From Lytechinus pictus (Eukaryota): a DNA stretch of 64,000 bases. Of this stretch, positions 38,128 to 50,000 are shown in pieces (within the stretch, counting starts at the first letter, position 1; the number at the start of each line of letters is the position of its first letter). Below the pieces are notes generated by a model. The model was not told the DNA's origin, searched no databases, and worked only from the letters and a program-made list of their open reading frames with translations. Where the stretch lies: the NCBI RefSeq assembly GCF_037042905.1, contig NC_087256.1, positions 19,034,001 through 19,098,000 on the forward strand. The letters run 5' to 3'. Made by a program: the position numbers and the translations under genes.

Positions 38128-38450
38128 GTGATGATGATGATGATAATAATAATGATGAATGATGATGATGGTGATGATGATGATGGCGACGATGATGATT
38201 AAGATGAAGATGATATAATGAAGATGAGATGATGATAATGCTGATGATGATGATCATCATGATCATATTGATGACGGTAGCGATGATGGTAATGATGACG
38301 GCGATGGTGTTAGAAATATTCATAATGGAAGAATTGATGAATTTATGCAATTTACAACATCATCGTCGTTATCGCCACCATGCATAATTATCCTCATCAT
38401 CATGACTATTATCATCTTAATCATCACTATCCTATCACCATAGATAATTA
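38128..38450. repeat. Imperfect (ATG)n followed by (CAT)n trinucleotide tracts
   Basis: Directly visible in the sequence. Confidence 0.8.
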
Positions 38451-38466
38451 TGTTTATCGTCTTCAC

Positions 38467-40929
38467 CAGGGACCTGGGAACGATTTTTTCAGTGGGGGTG
38501 CTGAAATCTCTCCTCAAATGTGAGGGGGGGGGGGACAGACACAATTGAGTTTTCAATATTAAATTACACACACACACACACCCTCACACACTTAGCTTTC
38601 TTCTTATAAAAGAACATAAATATATAATTTGAGCGCGAAGCGCGAGCTACTTTTTGTGGAAATTTCATGTATTTTGTCCTGAAAATTGATCATTTTGAGC
38701 AATGTTTGTGGTCCAATTAAGATACGTATGTAACAAATAATAATTGTGAGCGCGATCAGCGTGAGCAGATATTTTCTATATACGCTCTGGCCTGATCGAA
38801 AGGGACGTGTATATAAGGACTGTTCTGCAGTTACCCATGAAGACGATACATATATCAACAATCAAATAATGCGAGCGCGAGCTTAAAAATTTGACATTCC
38901 GACCTAAATACTGGACATTCTAAGCACGTTTTGTAAATATGAACAGGATATGTATTTAACTATACAATTGATGCGAGCGCGAAGCGCGAGCGGAAACAGA
39001 ATTGAGATTTCATGCACTGACCAAAAAACGAGAGATTCTAAGCACTTTTCTAATCATAATAAGGATAGGTATAAAACTATACAATTGATGCGAGCGCGAA
39101 GCGCGAGCGGAAATAAAAATGAGATTTCAAACCTTAAAACGAGACATCTAATGCACTTTTCTAATCATGAACAGGATAGGTATATAACTATACAATTGAT
39201 GCGAGCGCAAAGCGCGAGCGGAAACAAAATTGAGATTTCAGACCTGAAAACGGGACATTCTATTCATGTTTTGTAAATCAAGAAAATGATGGGTAATTGG
39301 ATATATTCTTAAATTAATGTGAGCGCGAAGCGCGAGCAGAAAATTTTTGATATTCTGATCTGAAACTCCACACTGAATGTAAAATGGTTTGAACAGATAA
39401 AGAAAACTCAGACGAACATAAGAATAAAGATTTGATCAAAATCAGACAAGAATATTACAGTTATTGCATTTTAAAGATTATAGCATTATTCCAGTGAAAC
39501 AGTTTTAGGCATGTCTTCATTAAAATTCAATGAGCAAACTGGTGATGTCATATCCCCACTTGTTCTTTTGTATTTTATTATATAAATTGAGGTTTATTCA
39601 ATATTTTCCAAGAACCAAAACAGTTGAATTGACAACTTATTTCATTATAAGGGAGACATATCATTCACTCTGGTATGAAAAAATGAAACAATTTTGATTC
39701 CACAAGAAACAGGATAGTGGGAATGTCACAGCATCAGCCCACCTATTAAATATTCATGACGACATGCATATCACCATTTTCATAAAATATTGCTAAACTT
39801 TAGAATTGAATAATTTAACTAATCGTTATCAGATTTTGATAAAATTTATTCATTTTTGATAAAATGTATTTGATATAAATATTGTCAGCCCGGAGTACCC
39901 CCCCCCTATCAAGCTGCGTATCTGAATAAACATGCCTGCGCGTGTTTAGAGTTATACCTAGTATTTGGGCATTCTAAATACATTTTTTTATTATAAAAAT
40001 AAGTAATGCGAGCGCGAAGCGCGAGCAGAAAATATTTGATATTTCGATCTGAAAGAGGGTGAATTTAAACACTATTTCAAGTAATGTGTCGGAAAATTCT
40101 GAAGGGGGTGGTTCTACAAAACGTCGTTCATTTTCATTACATTTCTGTCATTTTATCATACCTACCACTAGATTTCCAGGAGGTGCGCTATTTGATATTT
40201 CGATCTGAAAGAGGGTGAATTTAAACACTATTTCAAGTAATGTGTCGGAAAATTCTGAAGGGGGTGGTTCTACAAAACGTCGTTCATTTTCATTACATTT
40301 CTGTCATTTTATCATACCTACCACTAGATTTCCAGGAGGTGCGCTGCCTATGGAAAATAACACACGCAGCACCCCCAAATTTTGGGGGTGCTTCACCCCC
40401 AGCACCCCCGCTTCCCAGGGCCATGGGGCAGGGCGAAAAAGACTGAAATTTGATTTCTATTGTCTGACTTGTAATTTTTGTATACAATACACGGGCGGTC
40501 GGGCCCCGTTGGAGCTTGATTGAGTCGCGTTATAGGAGGGATGTTATTGGAATATGTGAAAGACTATGTAAATGATTTGCGATTGTCGGATGTGATAATT
40601 ATGTACATGGTCTATATTGAGGTGCACATCTTAGTTGCATTTGTTTGTTTAAAATTTTGCTTTGAATATATCAAGGTTTTTTTTTTTTTTTTTTTTTTCC
40701 CAGGTAATTTAGTTGATAGGCAGAAAACTGAGCGCTTAGAAACACCTGTATTAAGCGCCCTACAAATGTTATAATTATTATTATTATTATTATAACATAT
40801 TTTTTTTAATACAGGGGGGAACCCGATTTCGTGGGGGTGCTGCCTATGGAAAATAATACACGCAGCACCCCCAGGATAATTTCTGGGGGTGCTTCAGCAC
40901 CCCCAGCACCCCCGCTTCCCAGGTCCCTG
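38467..40929. mobile_element. 2.46-kb composite non-autonomous hAT-like element
   Basis: Perfect 14-bp TIR CAGGGACCTGGGAA / TTCCCAGGTCCCTG and exact 8-bp TSD GTCTTCAC. Contains an internal tandem array and nested insertions, with no transposase ORF. Confidence 0.9.
39365..39900 (-). mobile_element. Diverged Kolobok-like MITE nested in the hAT-like element
   Basis: Reverse-complement similarity to 55088-55566, for example ATGTCATATCCCCACTTGTTCT against AGAACAAGTGGGGATATGACAT. Ends in CAGCCCGGAGTACCC. Confidence 0.65.
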
Positions 40930-42716
40930 GTCTTCACCCCTCTCAGGTTATTTCAATGAGGAAAAAAAATCTTTACAAAAAATAAAGTTATTGTTCTTAG
41001 TATGAAATTGGATTAATAAGAATTAAACCAAGCGATGACGGGTAAAAAGGAGTTTTCTAATGACCTTATCTGAGACTTTTAGGCCTGTATAATGAATTTA
41101 ATGACGTTTCACGCTTCTATTGTAGAAAATATATATTTCAATTTCTATAGTTGTCCAAATTATCATTGTTCATATTTAATGAGTTGATGTTGTGGTGTTA
41201 TATTGTTTCTTTTATTCGCTGCAAAAATAGAAAAGTATTGAAATTACACCACCAGTGTTTACAGAGAACCACATCAAATATTTTACACTAGTGCTAAATT
41301 CACGGAATTAGTTCAACACCCACTGGTGTTCATGTCTGTTATTCAACACTATTTAGTGTTTACTATGTTCAAACTCTACGTCATACGATGGTGTATTTTA
41401 ACATCTGGGGTGTTGTGCTCTCGAAGCACCGACCGGTGCTGTTTTTAACATGGGTGACGTGAGGGGGTTTTGATATAGGGTGGGGGAAAAGACGACCTAT
41501 TATGACGTCATAAGTTTTTCTCAGTTTGTATGGGTGTTATAGTTGTACTGCAGCCCAGACCGATCATTTTTTTAAACTCTTCCTCATTCTTTCTTCCCGC
41601 CTCTGTATTTCTTCTTTTCCTTTTCCTCCCTTTTTTTCATTACGTAAAAATAAATCATAGCGAGGAGGTCGCCCCTTGTCCCCACTGTGGCACCGTCCCT
41701 GATTTTTATCATGGTAGTTTTGATCGTGTTATTATCAATTACTAAAATAAATACATCACGCCTTACCTGTGTGTGCCTCCAATTGCCGACCATTATTACA
41801 TCAGATCACATCAGCTATCCCTCGATCTCGCCTTGCTTGTTCCGATCTCGTATTAACATGCATTCTGTTGAAGAGGACTCTTCGGGGGGTAACATTCATG
41901 ATGCTTTTCATCGCAGGATGAGTCATAGAACCAACTGCAACATATTAGATGAGACTGCACATGCATGTGAGTGCTGTCTGACTGTCTGCATGCATTAGCG
42001 ATAGAAATGTCACGAGATGCATTTGAGACAAAGGAAGGAGCATGCAGAAGCAGTGCTCTGGAGAGGTTCAATTTGCAGTTCCTCCAAAGAATCTTTCTTT
42101 CTAATCCACGTCGGAGCATTGTAACTTATGGCGGCCATAACATGGGGGCTTCTGAAGACGAAAACACTTTCAGTAGATTACGCAATGACCCATGAAGTTC
42201 TGTTGCTATGTTAGTGTATTTCTACATGCATGACTGCATCAGTGTGGAAAATGTCATGAGGTGCATGTGAGTCAGGCGGGATCAGAGGCAATGCTCTAGA
42301 AATGTTCAAGTTAAAGCTCCTCCAAAATATCCCTTTCTTTCGAGTCTATATAGATCTTTCTCTTAAAATAAAAGCTTGGAGGCATTTTGCTGTATCTGAC
42401 TTCACAACATGGCGGTCGGTGATGACTGGGGAATCTGATGAAGAACAAAATCACTTTCAATGGGTTAAGCAATGAGCCAGGTGCGCTGCTATGTCAATCC
42501 ACGAATTAATAAAATTGTTAAAGCACAATTGAAGCACCCAAGTGAAGAATTACTTGTGGCACGCATTGCCACGCAATTTATCGAAAAGGTCTTTCTGACA
42601 TAGCAACGCACTCGACTCATTGTATAACCCATTGAAAGTGCTTTTGTTATTCTTTGGAAGCCCCCCCCCCCCTATGTACAGCCGCCATAGTTAATAGTGC
42701 TCCGAATTCAAATACC

Positions 42717-42907
42717 GCCCTTTCACACGGTAAAAAAAACATTGTTATTTGAATGATGATTCAAGTGAAAAATAGTGCTAATGACGAATATTTAGCACGT
42801 GTGAAAACCACACTAGAACATGGTTAGGATTACGAACGCTAATCACAGTCAAGATAACAATAACATTCATCATACAATGATGATTCAAGATTCACGTGTG
42901 AAAATGC
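42717..42907. mobile_element. Short MITE, Harbinger-like
   Basis: Inverted ends GCCCTTTCACACG / CGTGTGAAAATGC. Confidence 0.45.
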
Positions 42908-43202
42908 TCATAATCTTATAGTAGCAATGTATTCAAGTAATGAATGCAGTTCATATCCAATGCTTTTTGTAGCCCTGGTAGAATTCCGACAAGCTTCAAG
43001 TTTTTCAAGTCTGCATAGAATCAAAACATCTGATAAGACTTTCGAATACTTGCTGCTATGTCTTTATCAGGCAGGCTTTCAACTGTTATTGACAAATTAG
43101 GCCAATGTATTAAAATGAAACTTGCTCGTAAAATGAGTTCGTTTGAATAAGTGATTATGCTGCAGAACAAGGGAGTTGTCAGGAGATGCATACTATAATC
43201 TG

Positions 43203-43336
43203 GGGCCCGTAACACAAAGCTTAGCAATGATCGTAGAACATTTTTTCTACGATTGATTCCATTGATTACAATGTACAATCAATCGTGAAAATCAAGTGTA
43301 CAAATTTTTAATCGCTAACCTTTGTGTTACGGAACC
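43203..43336. mobile_element. MITE, PIF/Harbinger-like
   Basis: TIR GGGCCCGTAACACAAAG / CTTTGTGTTACGGAACC with a CTG duplication. A partial relative lies at about 58650-58735. Confidence 0.7.
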
Positions 43337-44104
43337 CTGCTAAGTGTATTTTTTTATTTTCATTTTGATGACTTACCGGAGGCCTGCCAAACATTGCATT
43401 GAGTAATGCAACTGGATTTCGAATACCAATAATGTATTTATGGCTAAAATAAATTGGGTTAAAGAGATACCTCGTTACTTTCCACGAAGAAATGTCCATG
43501 CTGATTGAATCCCTTCTTCTATTTCTGAAAAACTTTCTTAGTTTTCAAGAAAAAAAAGTTTCTTCAAACATATCAAAACGGACAAGGGCGACCGCCGATA
43601 TGATTTCGTAATTATGAAAAGTGATTGAAAAAAAATATATATAAAAGGAGAAATGGAAAACGAAAACAAAAAAGGACAGTATTAGAAAGATATGTTTCGG
43701 TCGTGGAGTTATGTCATACCTCTATAATTAAACTTCTGTAGGTTTCCATAGCGAGGAATGAACCATGCCCCCGCCTGATACTGACCTTTATTATTATTTT
43801 GATTGAGAAAAAAAGACACCTTCGGGTTGTCTTGTCCACTCCCTTACATGACGCCGCATTGTGAGAGATTACTTTCAAAAGTGCAGAATATCTCGCTTAT
43901 CACGAGATTAGATATCTAATCATTAAGAAGCGTATAATGTATAGGCCTATCCCGTTACATGGCGGTACACAAGAAGTTTTTTTCCGGGGGGAGACGGTTA
44001 ATTTTTGTTTGTTTGGGGGGACTCGAAAGCAAGGGTGCGAAGCAACCGAGCTTGTTATGGGGACGCCTTTGCATTTGATTGAGAAAATTGATTGAGAAAA
44101 AATG

Positions 44105-44375
44105 GATACCGGTGTGTTGGCTCAGCTGGTAGAGCGTCCGTCTCACAACCGAGAGGTCGGGATTCAAGCCCCGGCCGCGTCAGACCAAAAGACGTTAAAA
44201 GATGGGAGTTGCTGCTACCCTGTTTGGCGTTCAGTGATTAAAGGGATAGAGCCTCGTCAATCTGGCGCTGCACAGCGGCTGCCGGGCCCACGATCAATTG
44301 GGCAAAGCAAATTTTCGAAGTATTTCATTTCATGTCTATTTCGAACAATAAAATATGGATTTTCATTTTCATTTT
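44105..44375 (+). mobile_element. tRNA-derived SINE with a MetaSINE-like central domain
   Basis: A-box TGGCTCAGCTGG and B-box-like GGGATTCAAGCCC, then GTCAGACCAAAAGACGTTAAAAGATGG...CTGTTTGGCGTTCAG. The Meta-domain match is recalled, not aligned. Short (TTTTCA)n tail. Confidence 0.8.
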
Positions 44376-47003
44376 TTATTATATTAAGTGAAATTGAAGG
44401 ATTTTGGGAACACTTTTTATGAATTTTGTGAAAATTTTAAGTACAAAAAGTTAAATTTGAAAAATGAGGGGGAGGGCAACTGTCTCTGTCCCCTCTCTAC
44501 ATACGGCCATGTAAAGTTATCTGATTGAGTAATACGTAGTATAGGCAGACATAAGTATTATAGTTGAATCAAGCGTGAAGTTTCGAAAGTTAGTGGTACC
44601 CTGTTAGGTGTCCATAGAAGATACTTCTTTGTGATGTCATCATCTCCATCGCCTTCGTTTTCATATTTTTCATCATTGTGTTCATCCTCACTCACTATCA
44701 TCTCCATCATCTCTATTGTCCCAAATATTATTATTTTCATTTCAAGAATACATCGTTCTGCCTTTTTAAAGCTATGATCGATTTCGTAAGTTTTCGTTTA
44801 TCGTTTCGTTTTGACGCAATTTGTGTGATTCTTGCAAAACTATTATTATTATAGTAACTAAAAACGTAGCAGAATTACGGATTTTATTTTATTTTTTATT
44901 ATTATTTTTTTATACATATTTTAGGTTGGAAACACATTCACCACATTGAAATACATTATGAAGTGAGTCTCTTCATTCTCTTAAGAGCAATAATTATATC
45001 AAAGTCTATGAAATGATAATGGAGACAATCATTTCAGCTGCGTCACCGTGAGATTCATGCTTTTCGTTCAAAAACCAACCCCCGCTGTCGCCTGTTTGGG
45101 AAGAAACAGACTGAATTCTTCATACTTCAGCCATTGCGTCTCGCCGTCTGCAATAAAAGGGTGGGAAATGCGAAAAATGGCGGGAAAAATGATCGGTCGG
45201 AAATGAAAGCAATTTCGATGTGGGAGTTGTGAGTAAATAGAGTTTTGTTTGAGGAAGATGCAGCAGGGCTTAATACAGCTCATCGATATTAGTTCTTTGT
45301 CGTGGTCGTCTGGTCTCAAGTCTGTCATGATTTTTTTTTTAAACATGAATGATGAATTATCCAGTGCATTTTAGGAAGTTCGTCATTCATTTAATTACCT
45401 CCTTTCCCCATCAAAGTTTATGAACTAGCTTGAATATTATGTAATACACCAACATATGCCGGCATGCACAGAAAGTGATAAAATTTGTCCATAATTATAC
45501 ATGTCTTGTGACGTTTTGGTTGCCCATTCGTAGCTAGCAATAACAAGATGCAAATACATTTCGAACATTGTGTTGTTTCAACAACGCATATTTACCAAAT
45601 GAAAATAGACTCATTGCAAAAAGCAAAAAAAAAGGCATCAGGATTCTTGATTCTTGAACCTGCATTGAGTTGTTTACGCCAAGGTTGGTGAAAAGCTTTG
45701 AGTTCTCTTGACACGATGAATCATTGTCTCTGTCTATATATTATTAACCACCGCGATGCAACTGGTATACAAACATGGGTTAATTCGTTCAAGATCATTC
45801 ACCGTTCTTTTTTTATAATGTAGAAATTTCCCTGCATCACTCGTAAACGATCTACATTAAAATGACTATTAGTATAGTCAGCTGGGTGGAACTTACGGAG
45901 CTGTCTCGTCATAACATAAGTAAAAAAAAAATACTCTTTTCTGGTCAGAAATTGTTATGTTGTACTCAGTTTTTATTTTAAAAAATGTTGAAATACGTCA
46001 AAACTTATTGCATCCGGCTGAAACATCCGCAAACTTAGGGGCAGAGACATGATTCTACGATGGAGGGGGGGGGGGGGGAGCAATGCGACCTAGTGACGTT
46101 TTTTTTTTCTCACTCGAAGGGGTATTTTTTTTTTTAACGACGCAAAACGTTCTTTTCACGCTCTTCGTTTTTCAATTTTCTTTCTATTTTTATCCTTTTC
46201 TCTATTTTTCATTATTCGAAAAATAATAGGGAGAGGTTGCCCCCTTGTCCCCTGTGACGTCATCCTTGCACCAAGTCACTGGAACTAGTTCGTAGCGAGA
46301 CTTACACGGATATCTTGCGCAATAATTATCCTTCGAGCCTATAAATTATTATGCAATCGTGTCAATGTGATGAACAAGAGGCGGAATGGGCATGCGCGAT
46401 GTTTTCTTGAAATTTTGTGGATTTTGGTTAGTCTAGAGGTGAAGAGACGACCTCTAAAAGGTTGCAGTACAGAATTCGAAATTAGAGGGGGAAGGGGTTG
46501 GGTACATCCCCCTGTTCCCCGGGATCGCCGCCCATGCATTGGGCTTTTGCGGGTTATTGCCTCATGATTATCTCTCAGCTGAAAGTTAAGCCCGATATTT
46601 TCCTTGTTGGTAACTTAATCTGGCTACAGCACTACTTATTCTTCCACGAACCGAGATCATCTAAATTTCCACGTTGGACAGGACTAGAAAATGGTTCTCA
46701 ATGTCTTTGTTGTTTGTAAGTTATTGATGTAATGTTTTATTTACATTCTAATAAAGATTTTTTTTTGTTCCGAGCTCTTGATGTAAACCAGACTGAAAAA
46801 TATCACATTGACAATTCTACATCTACTTTAGATAACAGTAGCTGATTTTTTTTAGTTGTTAAGAATATCTCTCTTCTCCCCTTCATCTATCCGTCTCTCT
46901 TTTTCTATCTCAATCTCTCGCTCTCTCTCTCCATCTTTTCTCCTTCTTCTCACTCTCTCACTCTCCCATTCTTTGTGAATATAATACGTTTTCACAAAAC
47001 TTT

Positions 47004-47082
47004 AACTTTCATAATATTGTTGATTTTTTAAACATTTAAGTCTGACTTAAATGTTTAAAAAATCAACAATATTATGAAAGTT
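47004..47082. repeat. Perfect 39-bp inverted repeat with a 1-nt spacer
   Basis: AACTTTCATAATATTGTTGATTTTTTAAACATTTAAGTC-T-GACTTAAATGTTTAAAAAATCAACAATATTATGAAAGTT. Confidence 0.95.
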
Positions 47083-50000
47083 CAATGACTCATTGAAATT
47101 CACTCTTTAGATAAAAATATCCCCAGTCTGCAGTACCTCTTTAATGGCCAGACAAATTGATTTGTAAATTTGGAGTTATTTCATTTTCTGTTTATCGATA
47201 AAATCGAGTCATACATGCTACATTATATTTCATAACATTTTAGTTGCCCCTCCTGACGATGTTTTTTTCCTCAAGATACGCCACTGCAGGGATACATGCT
47301 TTCAAATTACTATCCCGGCAGGTACAGCTTGTAAAGGGCATATGTAACGTCTTAAGTAATGCAAATATCTCCTCTCCCAGCGGTATAACATATCCTGACC
47401 CTATTTTTTTCTCTCTCTTCCATCCACGGCTACATGGTTACCATAAATTGAAACCCATCCAGGTTTGACGATGCATGCTTGCACTTCATGAATCCATCAT
47501 TCCGATCAAAATTGGATGGAATTTTCCGGAGTGCCATGTTCAGATTTGAATAAGCATGGATAGATTGAAAATCTAAAAAAAAAAACCATGTAGGAAAACA
47601 ACCTCAAAATCTTCACGTGTACATCTCTAAAGAGATCAATTGGACAAAATTAGGGGGACAAAATGAAACAGATGAAACCTTCAAAACTATTGTCTCTGGG
47701 TTTGAATTGTGACTACCCCCCCAAAAAAAATAGTTTGAAACGAAAAAAAAATCAGATACGCATAATAATTTTAGAAATATGATTTTCTTTTAAAGGAAAT
47801 CGATTTGATGTAAGGGGCAACAATTATCAGAGAGATATGAAAGAGGTATATTGCAAGATTTGATCACTATTTCAATTCTTATTACAAAATATAGGACCGA
47901 AAGGCTAACAGAAATTAAGACCAAGTAAAAGAAAGGAGAGAGAAAGAGTGAAGACGGATAATAAAAGGAAGATGTGTTTAGCTGATCATATATCCGAAAA
48001 GATGCAGAAATTCAATCACATGAATAATTCGCACCCATGTCTCTACGGAGGTCATTCTCCGATGAAACACGATCACCGACGATGGACAGCGAGGTCGAAT
48101 AGGTGAACGGAACCGACAAGCGATGCGAGGTCGAGACAAACACGAGAGAGATGAGGGAACTGGGCACGTAAAGGAGGTCAGAAAAATTAGCATTCCTTCT
48201 TCTGCGAAAGTCCTAAGAATCCCTAATTTGCTATTCAACAAATTCAAAGTACATGTAAAAGTAAAGTGCCCCACGCAACGGACATCCTTCTCTCTCTGTA
48301 TGGCTCTCCCTATTCTCTCACTAATATTAAAATCCCCTATTTTTGTGTCTTGCCCCCGCTTATGTGCCCGACTTTCTCTGTCCCCATCTACCCTTTTTTT
48401 TCTAGCCTTATTTTCCAACGTCATTATATCCCCTTCTCTGTGTGGCGCCCCTCCATGTATCAACTTGAATTCGCAAACCTTTTTCACAACAACCTCTATC
48501 TCACTCTAATTTTTATTCATTTTTATTTCATTCATCAATTTCTTATCATAGGATGGATAGCCCTTTCGACAAAGCTGATTTTCAAAGGGTCCATAATTAT
48601 GCGTATACATTTACAAACAATAATGAACAAGTGTAATATAATAAAATGAGGATAAGTATAAACATAACCAAGTAAAGTAAATGTAGTAAACATAGCTCAA
48701 TATTAACAATAAATTATAAAGATAAAAGCCATGAAAAATGCACAAGGTGGAATGTAAAACATAATTATTAAACACAAAGAACAACAATAAAAAGGAAAAA
48801 AGGAATAGCAGCATGCATGCATAAAATACAATGAAGGGTTAAAATGTTAAAGTCAAATAGATTATATATATAATTAGAATAGAAATTAAAGAAATTAAAA
48901 TGTAAAAACACATAGATTGGCAATGTGTTATCAGGAATGGTAACACTTACTGTCTATATATCTCTTACTCTCTATATATCTCCTCCATATATTATTTGCC
49001 CTTCTCTCGCTCCCCTCTTACACCTTTTCCCACAACCATCGGCCTCTGCCAGCCTCATCAAACTGTTTTGTTTTTCTCTTTATGTCCATCTCGTCTTTCT
49101 CTCTCTTTGTCAACTTATCTCCCTTTCCCATCCACTTCTTTATATACATAGTACAACCATGGTTTGTCTTTTATTTTGTTTATATAACGCTGCTTATACG
49201 GTATATAGCTGTTTAACAGTTTAAACAAGAGTTTATATTTTGAAACAGCCATGCTTGATTTATTGAAGATTATATAGCAAAATGTAACTTTTGTTGTTTA
49301 GGATTTTAAACACTTGTTTAAATTGTTAAACAACTACTGTGAAATTCGTATAGTAAATGGCGTTGTAAAACAACTCTAAACAGACTTTTTACTGTATATA
49401 CAGAGGTGCTGCTACAGGGGCTTTATCGCCCTTATGATATTTCTAGAAAGGAGAAAAAAAGAGGGGGGGGGGGGGAGAAAGAGAGGAAGAAAAAGGAAGA
49501 AGTATATAAAAAGAGATATCTTTGTCACGTATCTCTCTAAATTTTAGTTTTTATTCAATGAGAAAAAAAAATGACACCTTTAGGTTACCTCACCCCCTAC
49601 CTGACGCCGGCCTGTATAACATGCTTTTTACTTGACCAACATCAGTCTTTCTTACCTCCAGGAGTCGTGTCTCTGTCTCTTTGTGACGCAAGCAGGTATC
49701 AATGAGTCTTGGAGCATGATGCACACTTCTATTTGTTGGCGTCTTTCGAGCATCGAATTCCATATGGAATGCTTCTATTTTTAAAGTTTTTTGTGCATTT
49801 AAATATCTTTTCTCTTCCAGCACTATTCATGAGGTTTTCAGGAGCACTTCAATTTCTTGGTGTGATATCTGGACATGTTATAATCGAAATGTATAGTGAA
49901 AAAAAAAAGGTTTCAAGTTTATTAATGACAACCTAATATTTGATCTAAAAAAATGTAATAATATTTGTGACACTTGATTATGTTAATTTAATTGTCGAAT

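Noticed and set aside
38084-38350. His/Ile-rich ORF
   Set aside because: Translation of an (ATG)n microsatellite.
38630-39340. CRISPR-like regularly spaced palindromic repeats
   Set aside because: Eukaryotic context, spacers are about 100 bp and homologous to one another, there are no cas genes, and the array lies inside a TIR element.
44108-44180. Possible tRNA gene (CAC anticodon-like loop)
   Set aside because: Imperfect stems and T-arm, and it runs directly into a SINE body and tail. Treated as a SINE head.
47978-48649. Overlapping ORFs of 127-169 aa
   Set aside because: No recognisable domain, no coherent splice structure, and driven by purine/pyrimidine-biased sequence.
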